A stretch of DNA of 64,000 bases from Octopus bimaculoides (Eukaryota). The notes beneath the pieces are model-generated. The model was not told where the DNA came from. It did not search any database and saw only the letters and a list, made by a program, of their open reading frames with translations. The stretch spans positions 41,308,717-41,372,716 of the forward strand of contig NC_068982.1 in assembly GCF_001194135.2 (NCBI RefSeq), read 5' to 3'. Numbering within the stretch: the first letter of the stretch is position 1; each line of letters starts with the position of its first letter. Positions 1-12,972 of the stretch are shown one piece after another. Made by a program: the position numbers and the translations under genes.

Positions 1-1746
1 CACCACTATTTCAACAAACTCTGCTGCCACTACCACCACCTTCGAACCTGGCAGTACCAACACCACCATCAACAAATACAACAAAATCGTCGCAATGCCG
101 TCCAGAACTGTCGAAAACAAGATAAACAACATCACAACCGCTACAAAAAACATGTCTGCCAGCACCACTAAAATAAATTTTGCAGAAGCAATAAAGCAAA
201 AAAGAACAATATTAACATTCACCCAAACAAAAACAAATTAAAGACACGAAATCCCTTCTTACGAAAGAAGGTGATAACGTACAATTACACATTCCCAAAC
301 AAATAATTGAAAGCACAAACAAGAAATACATCACATACAAACTCATCAACACCAAAACCAAGCGTACGGATAACTTTACCACCGAAAAAATCGAACGAGG
401 CCTTCAGCCTATATGGGCTCATCAAGAGCATGTTACTTGGGGGCGTAAGTTCACCACTGTTCAAGTGCGCTTCCAGAGTGAAAATATAACGAAGCAATTT
501 TCGACACTCTCTCTCCACACAGATGACTTGGTGATGATACCGAGTTATCTTGGACAGAGAGTGACGAAGGTGACAATAGAAAATGTGCCTTCAGAAGTAG
601 AGATGCAATGGATAGTATCTGCCATACACCTCGAAATGGAGGAGGCAAATATACTGGAAATTGCTGCTGCAGAGGTAAAAAAAAACTGGGAAGGGAAAAA
701 ACTCGAAGTCCTCCTCCACATCACTGAAGAGGAGTCCCAAAAAATTCTCACATATATTCAACTGGCAGAGGACCACAAGTTGTATGTAGTGGTGGAAGGA
801 AGACGGCCACGCTGTTATGTATGCAGCAGCAAGGCACAACTCAAAAAGAACTGCCCAACTGCCGCAAACCAAAAACAACAACAAAAGAAACACCAGCAAC
901 ACCAACAACTGAGAAGACAACAGCAACTGCAAGAACAACAAGGGAAGAAACAGAAGAAAAAAAAAGAAAATTCAAAGACTGTTTCCCCCTCCCCCATATT
1001 ACATACACTTCACACAAATAACAAGCAGCCAACAGCAACACAACCACTCACAGACGCTCACAATTTGCCCTTACCACCTTCCGATTCCTCAGAACTCTCG
1101 TCGGAAGACGAAAGTAATGAGGAATGGCAAATAGCCAGAAAAGGAAGGAGGAAGAGGAGCAAAAAAAGAAAAGCAAACACCAACACAGTAGGGAGATACA
1201 CAACTCCCGAAAACACTCCAGACACCAACACAAGCACACACAACACCAACACCAGCAACAAAACCCCAAAAGTAAACAAACACACAATGCTCACTGCCAT
1301 CAACATAAAAAACTCAGTGTTGATGGAATACATCAACACAAAAACAAACAACAAACGAAGACATAAAAACCAGTAACCACCCGTACACAACACCGCCAGA
1401 ACACATCAAAATACTACACATAACACCAACCCTGCACCACACACTAAAATCCATTTTTCCCAAGGCAGTTGGCAAATACCAAAAATACCTGGCAAAAAAA
1501 CTGTACAGTGATCTCTTCGAGGAAAACCCGAAGGAGGAGACACAAAAAACTTTCGAACGGTGACTCTCTGTTCCTATCTTTAGAACTTAAACACTCACAT
1601 GAGGATTATGCTCAAGATTGATTGTGTGAATACGCGTGGCTTGGGGTCTCCTTGGAAACAAGGGTACCTCCTAAATGACAAAGTCACATAAACTAGAAAT
1701 CATAGCCATAAGTGAGATCAGACTCCATGATCCGCGGGCCCTATCA
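1..1746 (+). mobile_element. L1/Tx1-clade non-LTR retrotransposon 5' part: near-intact ORF1 plus the start of ORF2; 3' part missing
   Basis: Frame is open 216-1376, with a second frame open 2-238 (FAEAIK motif), so there is one frameshift. It encodes VVVEGRRPRCYVCSSKAQLKKNCP (degenerate gag-like CCHC knuckle) and a basic Q/K-rich tail. ATG 1599 gives MRIMLKIDCVNTRGLGSPWKQGYLLND, then after a frameshift KSHKLEIIAISEIRL, matching the APE endonuclease N-terminal NxRGL and IIxxxE motifs. Antisense within the TAPT1 intron downstream of exon 2. Confidence 0.8.
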
Positions 1747-1843
1747 GATTGGAGCCTGGTGTAGCCATCTGGTTCACCAGTCCTCAGTCAAATTGTCCAA
1801 CCCATGCTAGCATGGAAAGCGGACGTTAAATGATGATGATGAT
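1746..1843 (+). mobile_element. RTE-type LINE 3' terminal fragment with (GAT)n tail, abutting the truncated Tx1 ORF2
   Basis: agattggagcctggtg...caacccatgctagcatggaaagcggacgttaaatgatgatgat is nearly identical to 12864-12972, and the tail follows the RTE ORF end at 40552-40990. Confidence 0.8.
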
Positions 1844-3118
1844 ATATGTGTGTGTGTGTAAAGAGAGAGAGAGAGAGAGAGAGAGAGAATCTTATAGTGT
1901 AAATCTATTACTGGCATATAATAATTTATAAATATCTGGGAATTACAGCTTGATATACCAACTTATAAATGGTACCAATACTGTATTGTACCAATTATTG
2001 AAATTGGTCTCTAACATTTGAGTTATTAAGTCTATGTTGACATCACTTTAGAAATGAAAAAAAAAAAAACAGAAACCCCAAAAAATGACTCTTCCTTGTT
2101 CTCTGTTGTAATATATGTACACACACGTGTGTGGGTGTGTGTATGTACATGCACACACACACACACACACATCAACCTGAAAAATACAAAGAATGGAAAC
2201 ACAAAGGTATTTAACAAAACGTTTCTCAGTAAAATTTTCCTAGTGTTTGATTAACTTTCAACATTTAACATCATTCATATCTGAATAATAATGAAATCAT
2301 TACTTCTTATATAAGAACCTGTTTCATCTTTGAGAAAGCTTGTTTGTCTGGTTTGCAGAATGACCCTGAAATAATGCACTGAAGTCATACACAATTCCTT
2401 TAAAGAAATCCAACATTTCTCTCAACAGGAAGCCCAACAAAACAAGATTAAAGAGTATTTGAGACATAACTAAATCTACAGTATGAGTGAGTGTGCAATG
2501 GAATGTCGAAGTTGATTTTAAAAGACACGTATAAGTAACAACTTCTCTATCATTTGTTGATATCATTTATGATTGGAATTTATATTTAAAGTGCCTTAAA
2601 TTTTTGTCTTTGAACACTTATGAACTAGTAGTTAAGGCTCCGCATTCATGATCATGAGTTCATGGTTTCAATTCTAGATTGGGCAGTATGCTGAGTTCTT
2701 AAGCAAAACACTTCATTTCATTTTGTTTCAGCTCACTCAGCTATAAATATGTTCCAGTAATAGACATGAAGTTAACCCTGTGATATGGCATAGGGGATAT
2801 CCATGGGAAAAGTGTTGTAAACTCAGTCACTTATATTCCATGGAAATTGGATTAAGCTTAAGCCTTATAAATCCTAGGGTTCATGACAGACCTAAGCTAA
2901 ATCTTGATTTGTTTAACCTTCCAATCTTTTACTTGTTTCAGTCATTGGACTACAGCCGTGCTGGGTCATTGTCTTGAGGGATTTTAGTTGAACTGATCAA
3001 CCCTGGTCCTTATTCTCTTTTCAATCCTGGTAATTATTCTCTTTTGCTGAACTGTCAAGTTACAGGGACATAAACACACCAACACTGGTTGTCTGTTAGT
3101 TTGGAGAACAAACACAAA

Positions 3119-3164
<46 letters not shown>

Positions 3165-3609
3165 NNNNNNNNNNNNNNNNNNNNNNNNNNNNNNNNNNNN
3201 NNNNNNNNNNNNNNNNNNNNNNNNNNNNNNNNNNNNNNNNNNNNNNNNNNNNNNNNNNNNNNNNNNNNNNNNNNNNNNNNNNNNNNNNNNNNNNNNNNNN
3301 NNNNNNNNNNNNNNNNNNNNNNNNNNNNNNNNNNNNNNNNNNNNNNNNNNNNNNNNNNNNNNNNNNNNNNNNNNNNNNNNNNNNNNNNNNNNNNNNNNNN
3401 NNNNNNNNNNNNNNNNNNNNNNNNNNNNNNNNNNNNNNNNNNNNNNNNNNNNNNNNNNNNNNNNNNNNNNNNNNNNNNNNNNNNNNNNNNNNNNNNNNNN
3501 NNNNNNNNNNNNNNNNNNNNNNNNNNNNNNNNNNNNNNNNNNNNNNNNNNNNNNNNNNNNNNNNNNNNNNNNNNNNNNNNNNNNNNNNNNNNNNNNNNNN
3601 NNNNNNNNN
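3165..3609. other. Assembly gap (N); others at 17380-17788, 21526-22051, 32972-33849 and 54131-54140
   Basis: Runs of N. The four large gaps each abut (TA)n tracts, typical of short-read scaffolds. Confidence 0.99.
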
Positions 3610-3856
3610 GGGAGAAGGTGGGTAGGAGTGAAGAGAATTGAGAAGGAGAGTAGGAGTCAGAGCAAGAGGGGAGAGGTAGGTGGGAGGAAGTAGGTGTAAG
3701 GATGAGAGAGGAGAGGGGAGGAGAGTTGAGCCCATGTGGCGCAAAGGAGCGAAGAGAGAAGTCTAATCCCTGTTCACGGCGCAAGGATAATCCGAACACA
3801 GACAGGTGTTGCAAAGAGTGACCGGTAGAGCGGAAATGGCGCGAGACCGGGGTATC
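3610..3856 (-). mobile_element. Penelope-like element, GIY-YIG (Uri) endonuclease C-terminal remnant
   Basis: Minus strand reads DTPVSRHFRSTGHSLQHLSVFGLSLRREQGLDFSLRSFAPHGLNS, matching the PVAxHFxxxxHS...E..I..LxTxxPxGLN signature at the end of Penelope ORFs. Confidence 0.7.
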
Positions 3857-4070
3857 ATACATACACACACGACAGGCTTCTTTCAGTTTCCATCTACCAA
3901 ATCCACTCACAAGGCTTTGGTTGTTCTGAGGCTATAGTAGAAGATACTTGCCCAAGTTGCCGTGTAGCTGGGAAGCAAACTTCTTACCACACAGCCATGC
4001 CTGTGCCTATTATTTCTTCATAAACTTTCATCAATAAAAAGTTTTGCTTTACATACTTGTTACATATTTA

Positions 4071-4296
4071 TTAATCTTTTAGCATTCAGATTATTGTCAA
4101 ATGTAATGCTGATTTATTCAAAATGTTTTGAATTCATCATTTATTATCTTGTAGTTTTGAGATTTTCTGGCTGTGATTGCTTATTTTTAGAAGGACATTA
4201 TAGAGTTGGTGCGAGAGTCTGGATCTGGCTGGTTTGAACATAAAACAGGTAGAATATTTAGGCCGGATGTAGCCAGTTTGAATGCTAATGGGTTAA
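4071..4296. mobile_element. About 225-bp piggyBac-type MITE
   Basis: Ends are TTAA-tcttttagcatt and aatgctaatggg-TTAA. The internal sequence is shared with copies at 13126, 13345, 20147 and 23310. Confidence 0.65.
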
Positions 4297-4561
4297 AAAA
4301 ATTTTACTCACTCACGATTTTTCTTTCTTAAGCTATTACTTTTACAATTAGATGTTCTTATTACCAACTATTCAACCATGAAATAGGATTGGAACATGAC
4401 AGGCAGGTAAACTTAGTCATCAAGGTTGTGCTTTACTGAAAAGACTACAAAACAATGGTGTGATGTACTTAGTAGTCCAACACCTTAGGCATACAGCCAT
4501 TGTAGTTCTCTATTTTGAATTAGAAAATTATAGTTGCTTGTACAAAACTTTCAATTTTCAT

Positions 4562-5035
4562 GATGATCGTCATCGTCGTCGCCATCATCATCATCATCAT
4601 CATTTAACGTCCGCTTTCCATGATGGCTTGGGTTGGACGGCTTGACTGAGGACTGGCAAGCCAGATGGCTGCACCAGGCTCCAAGCTGATCTGGCAGAGT
4701 TTCTACAGCTGAATGCCCTTCCTAACGCCAACCACTTTTGAGAGTGTAGTGGGTGCTTTTCCGTGCCACCAGCACAAGGGCCAGTCAGGCCATGCTCAAA
4801 TGGTGTTTTTTACATGCCACCTGCACAGGAGCCAGTCTAGCGGTACTGGCAATGACCTCGCTCGAATGTTGTTTTTCACATGCCACCGGCAGAAGCCCCA
4901 GTAAGGCGATACTGGTAACAATCACGCTCAAATGGTGCTTTTTACATGTCACTGGCATGGGAGCCAGTCAGCGGCCCTGGCAACGATCATGCTTGGAAGG
5001 TGCTCTTAGTGTTCCACTGGTATGGATGCCAGTCA
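4562..5035 (-). mobile_element. RTE 3'UTR fragment containing 4-5 degenerate tandem units of about 65 bp
   Basis: (CAT)n tail at about 4562-4602. Units of the form ggtg(c/t)tttttacatgccacc.gcacaggagccagtc...ggcaa.ga...gctc.aat recur at about 4752, 4802, 4867, 4934 and 4999. Confidence 0.7.
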
Positions 5036-6174
5036 TGCAGATTAATTTGTTTCTGCTGACACAGGCTAGACAATTTGACAGGAGCTGGTGAGCAAGAGTC
5101 TGCACTGAGCTCTGCTATCTGCTATGACATGGCTTCTACAGCTTGATGCCCTTCCTAACACCAACATTTATACAGAGTGTACTGGGTGCTTTTTACAAGG
5201 CCAGAATTGCTAACTTGAAAGCTGTGAGGATATTTGTCATTTTATTTCTTTTTTTAAGATTATTTCCTCATGTTTGCTGTGTCACTACTGATCAGTATTA
5301 TCTCCAAGTCTCTTCAGATGATATTCCTTGAACAATCTCAAAGATTGACCCTATAACCTTTATTTTACCAACGGGGTCTGATATTCTAACCACTGGCTGA
5401 TTATCTCAAAGGATAACAATGTTGTCGTTTCAAAATATTTAAGCATTCAACTTGAGCTTTTAAGTTGCAGTAATTTTCTTAGAATGTAGAGTCCATGTCA
5501 ATAAGTGTCTGAGTTCAATCCTTTGTCTAACTCAGGAACATCACCTGAAGACTATTGGAAGTAATACAGATTGAAGGATTGCATTAATAACATCCAAAAT
5601 AAGGAAATAATCTCACTATAATAATTAATAATAAAAAAAAAGACATTAGTATGAAACTCATTAGCCTTTTGTGCAGGCAACTAACTGATTATCAATTACT
5701 TGAAGTCAGATTCAGCTGTAATAACAAGTGTCAAAGCAACAGCCAAATTTATAGGATTCTATGCAGCTCTAAGAAGCAATCTTTGCTCCTGCATAGTTTT
5801 AGTTATGTAAGTATTACAATTCTATCACACTTCCTATATCTAAACAGGTATGAAATACCATTCTGGCCACCAACAGAAGCCAACTGTCAGTGATATTTAT
5901 TACTTCAGGTAAAGTTTTTGATATATTAGCTTTTCCAGTAACAATTAAGCTTGGTGCTAAATTAATCTAATAGTCAGGAAGAAACAGTTATTTGCAGCAT
6001 CAACTATAAAATGTTAATTATCTGAAACATAGCTATAGGCAAGGCTAAGTAAAACTTAGAGAAATAAGATAGTAGCATTATAACTGATGCTAAAATTAAG
6101 AAAAGCTATTCTAACCAAATGGTTTCAAGTTAAGTCCCACTGTGTCACACCTTGCACAAGTATCTTCTACACTA

Positions 6175-6560
6175 GGTGCAGACATGTCTCTGTGGTAAGA
6201 AGTTTGCTTTCCAACCACATGGTTCCAGGTTCAGTCCTACTATGTGGCATCTTGGGCAAGTGTCTTCTACTATAGCCTTGGGGCAATCAAAGCCTTGTGA
6301 GTGGATATGGAAACCGAAAGATGCCTGCCGGATGTATGTATGTATGTATGTAAGTCTGTGTTCATCACCCACCAATGCTTGACAACCGGTGTTGTTTACA
6401 TGTCTGGAACCTAGCAGTTTGGCAAAAAAGACTGACAAAATAAGTATCAGGCTTTAAAAAATAAGTACTGGGTTCACTTCATTCAACTAAAACTTCTTCA
6501 AGGTGGTACCCCATACCCCAGCATGGCCACAGTCAAATGACTGAAGCAGGTAAAAGGAAA
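6175..6560 (+). mobile_element. SINE family A1, decayed copy
   Basis: tRNA-like head with ggttcagtcc B-box-like motif, CORE-like cttgggcaagtgtctt segment, internal (TATG)n and ...actgaagcaggtaaaag tail. Confidence 0.8.
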
Positions 6561-7071
6561 AAAAAAAAACGGTAAAAATAATCCAGGCCAACCAATGCGC
6601 TATGAGTGAATTAAGTGGATGGAAGCTGTGTGAAAGCTTGTCATGTACATGTATGTATACACTGGAAGCACATCTAGCTTTAGAAATCATGCCAAAGCAG
6701 ACACAGAACCTGGTGCAGCCCCCTGTCTCGTATTCTTCTCAAACTGTCCAACCCATGCTAGCATGGAAAAGGGGACATTAAATGATAATGATAATACGTA
6801 TGCATGTGTGTATCTGTCCCCCACCACTGTTTGACAACCAGTATTGGTTTGTTTATGTCCCACTAACTTAGTGGCTCAGCAAAAGCGACCAACAAAATAA
6901 GTGCCTAGCTTAAACTTATGTACTGCAGTTGACTAAAAGCCTTTGAAGCAGTGCCCCAGCATGATACAGTTCAATGACTGAAACAAGTAAAAGGGGAAAT
7001 CATTTAAATGCTAAACGAACTTCTGAATCAGTTTCTTTTAACTGAAATTATTAAAATATACAATTACATAC

Positions 7072-7202
7072 CTGTTCTAGTTCAAAAGGTATCTTTATGA
7101 ATGTATAAATTCTTTTCCGTTTCTCTGTGAAATTCTTCTGGTCTTTCTCCGGAACATAACCTCGAGTGAGCTCAGATGTGAAATAGCTAAACAGAGAGAA
7201 AC
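7072..7202 (-). CDS. TAPT1: TAPT1 (transmembrane anterior posterior transformation 1 / Emp65 family) coding exon 2
   Basis: Acceptor ttttttttcttgcag at 7203 and donor gtatgt at 7071; 131 nt, phase 1 to 0. It encodes (G)FSLFSYFTSELTRGYVPEKDQKNFTEKRKRIYTFIKIPFELEQ, which matches the conserved TAPT1 block that I recall from human as SLLRFLSAELTRGYFLEHNEAKYTERRERVYTCLRIPRELEK. Confidence 0.93.
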
Positions 7203-7434
7203 CTGCAAGAAAAAAAAAATGTTATACAGTTTAATGTTTCATTTTTATGTTTGACTTGCAAGATTCTTGATGTGGACTTGTATACTGAAACAGATTTTAT
7301 TATATCTTGGGAGATATAATAAGGATTTTGACAAACAACTGATTAATTGATTAACTGAATGATTAAGCAAACTATCAATTAGTTGGTTGGTTAAATAACT
7401 AACAAATTGATTAATAATAAGGTAAAAAGTATAG

Positions 7435-7760
7435 ACCCCCTTTGGTCATGAATGACAATAGGATTGCATCTAGAACGTTCTCCTTCAAGGCACAAGTCCA
7501 GGCAATATTGTTTTGTAGAAGACCAGCAAGTTGCCCATGCATACCAGCCTCCCTTCTCCACACCACTGGTGTTGTCCAAGGGAAAGTCAAAGGCTGGAAC
7601 AACTTGGCACCAGTGACGTTGCAACTCATTTCTACAGCTGAGTGAATTGGAGCAATGCGAAATAAAGTGTCTTGCTCAAGAACACAACACACAGCCCAGT
7701 CTGTGAATCGAACTCATTACCTCATGATTGTGAGTCTGACACTAACCACTGAGCCATGCA
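7435..7760 (-). mobile_element. Distinct tRNA-derived SINE (family D) with gtgttcttgagcaagacactt central motif
   Basis: Minus strand shows a tRNA-like head followed by gtgttgtgttcttgagcaagacactttatttc, typical of CORE/V-type SINE bodies. A similar head fragment lies at about 2630-2760. Confidence 0.55.
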
Positions 7761-10700
7761 ACTTCACCTAAAGAAGTGAAATCGAACCAGTGCTTGTATT
7801 TCTGAGATACAATTTAATGCCTTATCAAATCAAAACAATTTCTTCTGTTCTATTTTTTTCAGGAATCAGAAGTTCCTTTTCTTCCACCACAAGACATGTT
7901 TCCTCTGGTTGGATGCCCTTCTAGCTGTCAATCCTCACCTGTTTCCAAGCAAGGTAATATCTCCTGTAGTTAGACATGCTTTTCACAGAAGACTGAAAAC
8001 AAACAACCTTGCCTGTATGATGACGATGCTCGTTTACAACCACCCATGTGGTATCTAATGCATAAGATGGGCTTTTTAGTTTCCATCTACCAAATCCATT
8101 CACAATGCTTTGGTCAGACCAGAGCTAGAGTAGAAGACACTTGCCCAATGTGCTGCACAGTGGGATTGAACCCAAGACCACTTCATTAGGAGGAAAGCTT
8201 CTCAACCATCATATAGCTATATATATATTTATACTCTCAGGTGCACAACTCAATTCAAAATATCAGTATGTAGAGTTTTTTTCTCTAATCTAAAAATTAG
8301 CACTATGATCACCTTTTGAATATATTTATAAATGTTTGTGAGTGTGCTTGTGTGTGTGTATGAGCATGTGTGTACATATGTTGAATTCTTTTATATATTG
8401 TGAGAAATCTAAAACAAAACATCAAGGTCAAGACTGGTGGGTGGTATTATACTTGAATGTACCAAAAAAACAGGCGGATAAAATATATTACTGATTTTAG
8501 ATACAAAATGTAGATATTGCATTATATTCAAGTTCACACTGAACTCACATAAGTATGATATATACATAATGAGGGCAGAGCGAAGCAGTTCAAAACTCCC
8601 AGCATACTAAGTGTACGAAACAGGTTTAGTTCCTACTATTTTAATTATCAGTTATAATCAATGATAGCAGGTCTAGCACATTGCTTGGTTTAACACCATC
8701 ACCTGGTCATTAAGTATCTTAGTGGGAGTTCACTCTACTGCAAGTAATACAGACCATGTCTTTCTCTACAGACATTAACCATCTACATTTGGTCGGATTT
8801 GGCATCAGCTACATCAACGTCACAAGTCTGGGATGGTCTGCAAAAGATTATGAGTACTAACCCCAGATACAAAAACAATACTTTCAGCACTTACAGTTTC
8901 CCTAATGAAGTACCACAAGGATGGGTAGAAGATGTTTTGGCACATCTGTCTTGGTGTTTACATCTGACATGAAAACACATCCAGCAGCTGAGTAGGTTGT
9001 TGTCTGGAAGACCGGACACACGCACACACAGAGAATCTGACTTGGAAGCAAGTGAAAGTTGGTGACAGGAAGGGCATCCAGCCATAAAAAATTGCTCAAG
9101 TTAGTCTCAGCTGGCCCATACTAGGATGGAGAATTGGACATTAAGACAATGAAGAAGATGAATGGTTGATAACAAGACTTTGTTTACTTCTATTTCTAAC
9201 TACTATCAATTGTACAGACCATGGAGAAACTGAAGGGTCTCCATGAGGGCAATCGCCAAGAAGCTGTTTAGTCTCATTTTGATACACATTTCATCAAACG
9301 GAGAGAAGCAGAAAGATTTAATACCAATTGGTTTCAAAACATCATTGCATGGGTGTAAACAAAAATGTAGAACAGTCACCAACATGTAACAAGTCAAACA
9401 AGAGTAGAATTTTCTTAATGATCTTTCAAGGTTAAATGTAACAATTGAATCACTAAAGAAAGTCATGTCTTACATTTATAGAGGAATGGGTAAGAGTTAA
9501 GCAAAGCATTTAAATGCATTTTTTTGTTGTTGTTGTAAAGAAACAAAAAAAAAAAAAGCCCCATACTGAGATGCTTGAAACAGATAAAAAAGGCTATTTG
9601 AATTGAGTTATTAGGCCAATTCAAAGATACTACTCAGATGTTGAGAGTGAGAGCCTCTAACAAACATCTATAATGAGTGGCATCTTGTTTTGTTCATCAA
9701 TTATTTAAATCTGAAGGTTTTACAGACTTCTATAGTTCCATATATAATGATAATTTTTTAGTGTATGACTTTAGGATCTACATTCTCCCCCTATGAACTC
9801 AAGTTCAGTCATACTTTGCTCCAAACAGGTTGGTATGTATCCTGTTGCTGTGTATGTACATATAAATACATGCATGTATGTTGGCACAAGTATGGTTGTT
9901 TAGTTAAGAAGTTTGCTCCCTAACATGGTTTCAAATTCAGTTTCACTATGGCATATCTACTATAGCCCTGAGAAAAAAGACTAAGCCCTCTGAGGGAAGA
10001 CTTCCATTTAGAAACACGTCTAATCATAGCAAAGTGTTTGCATAGAAATGGGGGAGGATTGATGACAGGAAGAGTATCAAGCTGCAGAAGAATTTGTCTC
10101 AATGCATTCCATCTGACCCAGGCAAAACATGGAAAAATGGATATTCCAATGAAAAAAAATCTTTCTCCCTCACGCACGCACGTGCACACACACACACACA
10201 CACTTACATGCATAAACACATACAATCTATTGTTAGTAAGATATAAGAGATTGTATATCAATTAGAAAAACTGGCTTAAATTTTATGGGAAGGATGCATA
10301 TTCAATAGTTAGCCTTAACTCACGAAGATATTTATGCTATCAAGAATGAAATACTGTCACTAAAACCATTAATCATAACAATGGTATTAACAAGTAACAA
10401 GCCTCTATGTGGTCACTCAACATGCTAGAAATAGCAGCCAAATATTTCTGAAATCAGATCATGCCATCTTAGAAGAAAAAAAAAAAGAAAAAAAATAACA
10501 CTGGCTGTGTAGTCAGGAAGTTTACTTCACAGCCATGTAGTTTTTAGGTTCAGTCCCACTGCATGACACCTTGGACAAGTGGACAAGTGCTTTCTACTGT
10601 AGTCCAGGTTAACCAATGCCTCATGAGAGAATTTGGGAGGAGACAGAAACTGTATGGAAGCCTGCCATACAAATGTATGTGTCTGTCTCACCACCACTTG

Positions 10701-11094
10701 ACAACCAGTATTGGTTTGTTTTCACACCCATAACTCGATGGTTTGGCAAAAGAGACTGATAGAATAAGTAACAAAAATTTCGAGGGAGGGGGTAAGTCAA
10801 TTACATTGACTCCAGTACTCAACTGGTATTTATTTTCTTGACCCTGAAAGGATGAAAGGCAAAGTCGACCTCAGTGAAACTTGAACTCAGGACATGAAGA
10901 TGGGCAAAATGCTTAGCAGCATTTTGCCCAGAGAGTTAACAATTGTGCCAGCTCTTCACCTTTCTTGTGTAAATAATATAATAAAATGCAGATATTACTG
11001 AAAAAAAAATCAGATTGAATATATTCTTTCTCACTAAAGTGATTGTCAAATAATACTTTGGAAATATTTCTAACGTGAAATATTCATAAACATA

Positions 11095-11108
11095 TGAGAG
11101 AGAGAGGG

Positions 11109-11186
<78 letters not shown>
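11095..11186. repeat. (GA)n microsatellite
   Basis: Near-perfect AG dinucleotide run of about 90 bp. Confidence 0.98.
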
Positions 11187-11190
<4 letters not shown>

Positions 11191-11839
11191 GTATACGAAC
11201 ATTTACATATACACAATTCAATGGCGAAGAGGATTGTGACAATGATGATGAACCCATGCACGTGTTTATTTGTGAGAGTATTTAATTGAACACTTATTTG
11301 AATGTGAGAACAGACTCCACATCACCCCAGCAACTTTGACAAGTGCCCTATTTGTTTAATAAATGAAAAAAAAAAAACCTTCCCATTGTATTATGTAATG
11401 TAGTGGGTAGTATATCCCACAGGCATATGTACTTTTAAAAATCCTTGGGCAGACTCAGCACAACACAGTGCTTAGCAGGGCTGGATCTTTGAACTAACAA
11501 GGACAAGCTATCTGATGAGATTTCACAGTTTTTATTTACTAAATTTCATTCATGAGGCCTGGGTGTACCTAAAGCTGTGGTAGATGTTATTTGTTCAAAG
11601 TCCTGAACAGAGGAATTGAACACAGGACCTTGTAATAGCAAACCAAACTTAATCATTGAAGGAGATCTGTGCTTATGTGTATGTGCACAAAGATATAATA
11701 AAAGTATTTATATAAGTGGTAGCACAGGTAAGTTGTCATCAGAGGCTAAACATAAGACAGATGTTGTAATTCACACATCTGTAATATGGGAGAGATAGCT
11801 GAGATAGTTGACAAGATCTCAAGGGCACGACACAGAGAC

Positions 11840-12300
11840 ATAAGTAACTTGAAAAGATAGAAGAAAGAGAAAATAGCGAGAGTAGAAAAGAGACAAAAAG
11901 TAGGAAATAAAAAAAGAATGAAGAGACAATGAGTAGACAAAAAAGTGGGAGAAAGGGGAGAAAGAAGTGGTAGGGGGGGGGGATAAAAACTAGAAAAACT
12001 GAAACACAAAAAAGAAAAAGAATAGGTGAAAATTTGAAAGATAAAGCAAAAGAGATAGATAAAAAGGAAACAAGAAGTAGGGAGAGAGAAAGAAGTAAAA
12101 GGGAGCAGAGAGAAAGATGGAGAAGTAACAGAGATAAAAAGAAGAAATCAAGAGAGGGTGGGTGGGGGAGATGAAGCAGAAGAAATAAAATGCAAACCAA
12201 GGGAGAGAGTATATGAATGAAAAGTCAAAGATGGAAGAAAGGGAGAGAAAGCATACAAGAGTGTGTGTGTGTGAGAGTGCAAGAGAGAGAGGGGGGGGGG
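11840..12300. repeat. Purine-rich (A/G) low-complexity tract
   Basis: Plus strand is almost entirely A/G; it produces only spurious F/L/S-rich ORFs. Confidence 0.85.
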
Positions 12301-12416
12301 GTAATTTAAATATTGTAAAGTCATTCATTAATGATTAGAAAAAACAAAGGAACAGTTCAGACACAAAGGCAACATAATTTTCAGTCCATAGATTTCTATA
12401 CGATTGTTTTTTAGAG

Positions 12417-12691
12417 CAGCTGTCCCCAACCTTTTTAGCATCACGGACTAGTTTCATGAAAGATAATTTTCCCATGGACTGAAGCATAACATGCATAACA
12501 ATACATAATAAAGTGCATGATTTATAATTTAATTATTGCATATATAATACATCTATAGTGCAAAAAACATCCTGCAGACTGTGACAGTCAATAAAATATC
12601 AACAAAATTTTAAAATATTCTTTCTGTGCAGCCCAGTACCAAATGATCCAAGCCGTGTGTTGGTCCATGGTACAATGCTTGAGGACTTCTG
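12417..12691. mobile_element. hAT/Charlie-type MITE, decayed
   Basis: Starts cagctgtccccaacctttt and ends ttgaggacttctg (imperfect TIR of the CAG.GGTCCCCAA class). Flanks ttttagag and tcttagaa resemble a degenerate 8-bp NTCTAGAN-type TSD. Confidence 0.6.
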
Positions 12692-12714
12692 TCTTAGAAG
12701 AGTTGTTACAAACA

Positions 12715-12972
12715 TGTTGGACTGGCTCTTGTGCGGGTGGCACATAAAAGACACCATTTCGAGCGTGGCCGTTTTCGTGCGGGTGACACGTAAAAGCACC
12801 CACTACACTCTCTGAGTGGTTGGCGTTAGGAAGGGCATCCAGTTGTAGAAACTCTGCCAAATTAGATTGGAGCCTGGTGTTGCCATCCGGTTTCACCAGT
12901 CCTCAGTCAAATCGTCCAACCCATGCTAGCATGGAAGGCGGACGTTAAACGATGATGATGATGATGATGATG
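12715..12972 (+). mobile_element. RTE 3'UTR fragment with (GAT)n tail
   Basis: Shares aaaagcaccca.tacac...ggttggcgttaggaagggcatcc...caacccatgctagcatgg...gttaaacgatgatgat with 40790-40990. Confidence 0.8.

Larger units (their letters stand above)
2927..4008 (-). mobile_element. tRNA-derived SINE (family A1) split by a (TA)n tract, an N gap and a Penelope fragment
   Basis: Head half at about 3857-4008 and tail half at about 2927-3120 match the full-length copy at 30022-30424. Confidence 0.8.

Noticed and set aside
2324-2566. Hydrophobic minus-strand ORF as possible TAPT1 exon 3
   Set aside because: No similarity in any frame to the expected LMxFGxFLCLDAFL...LPLR continuation, and no convincing splice pair.
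2984-3910. Long ORFs spanning N runs (also 17265-17891, 21293-22097, 32922-33927)
   Set aside because: They are open only because X codons contain no stops. The real parts are SINE, microsatellite, Penelope or RTE fragments.
4713-5091. Repeat-spacer-like periodicity resembling a CRISPR array, and Cys/His-rich ORFs (also 16331-16541)
   Set aside because: The units are degenerate along their whole length with no unique spacers, there are no cas genes, the context is eukaryotic, and the array is embedded in an RTE 3'UTR.
9206-9466. 86-aa minus-strand ORF in TAPT1 intron 1 (also 15069-15284) as possible cassette exons
   Set aside because: No recognisable homology and no clear acceptor/donor pair preserving phase.
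10936-12328. SLSLSL, RERERE and F/L-rich 'membrane' ORFs
   Set aside because: These are translations of (GA)n and purine-rich low-complexity DNA.
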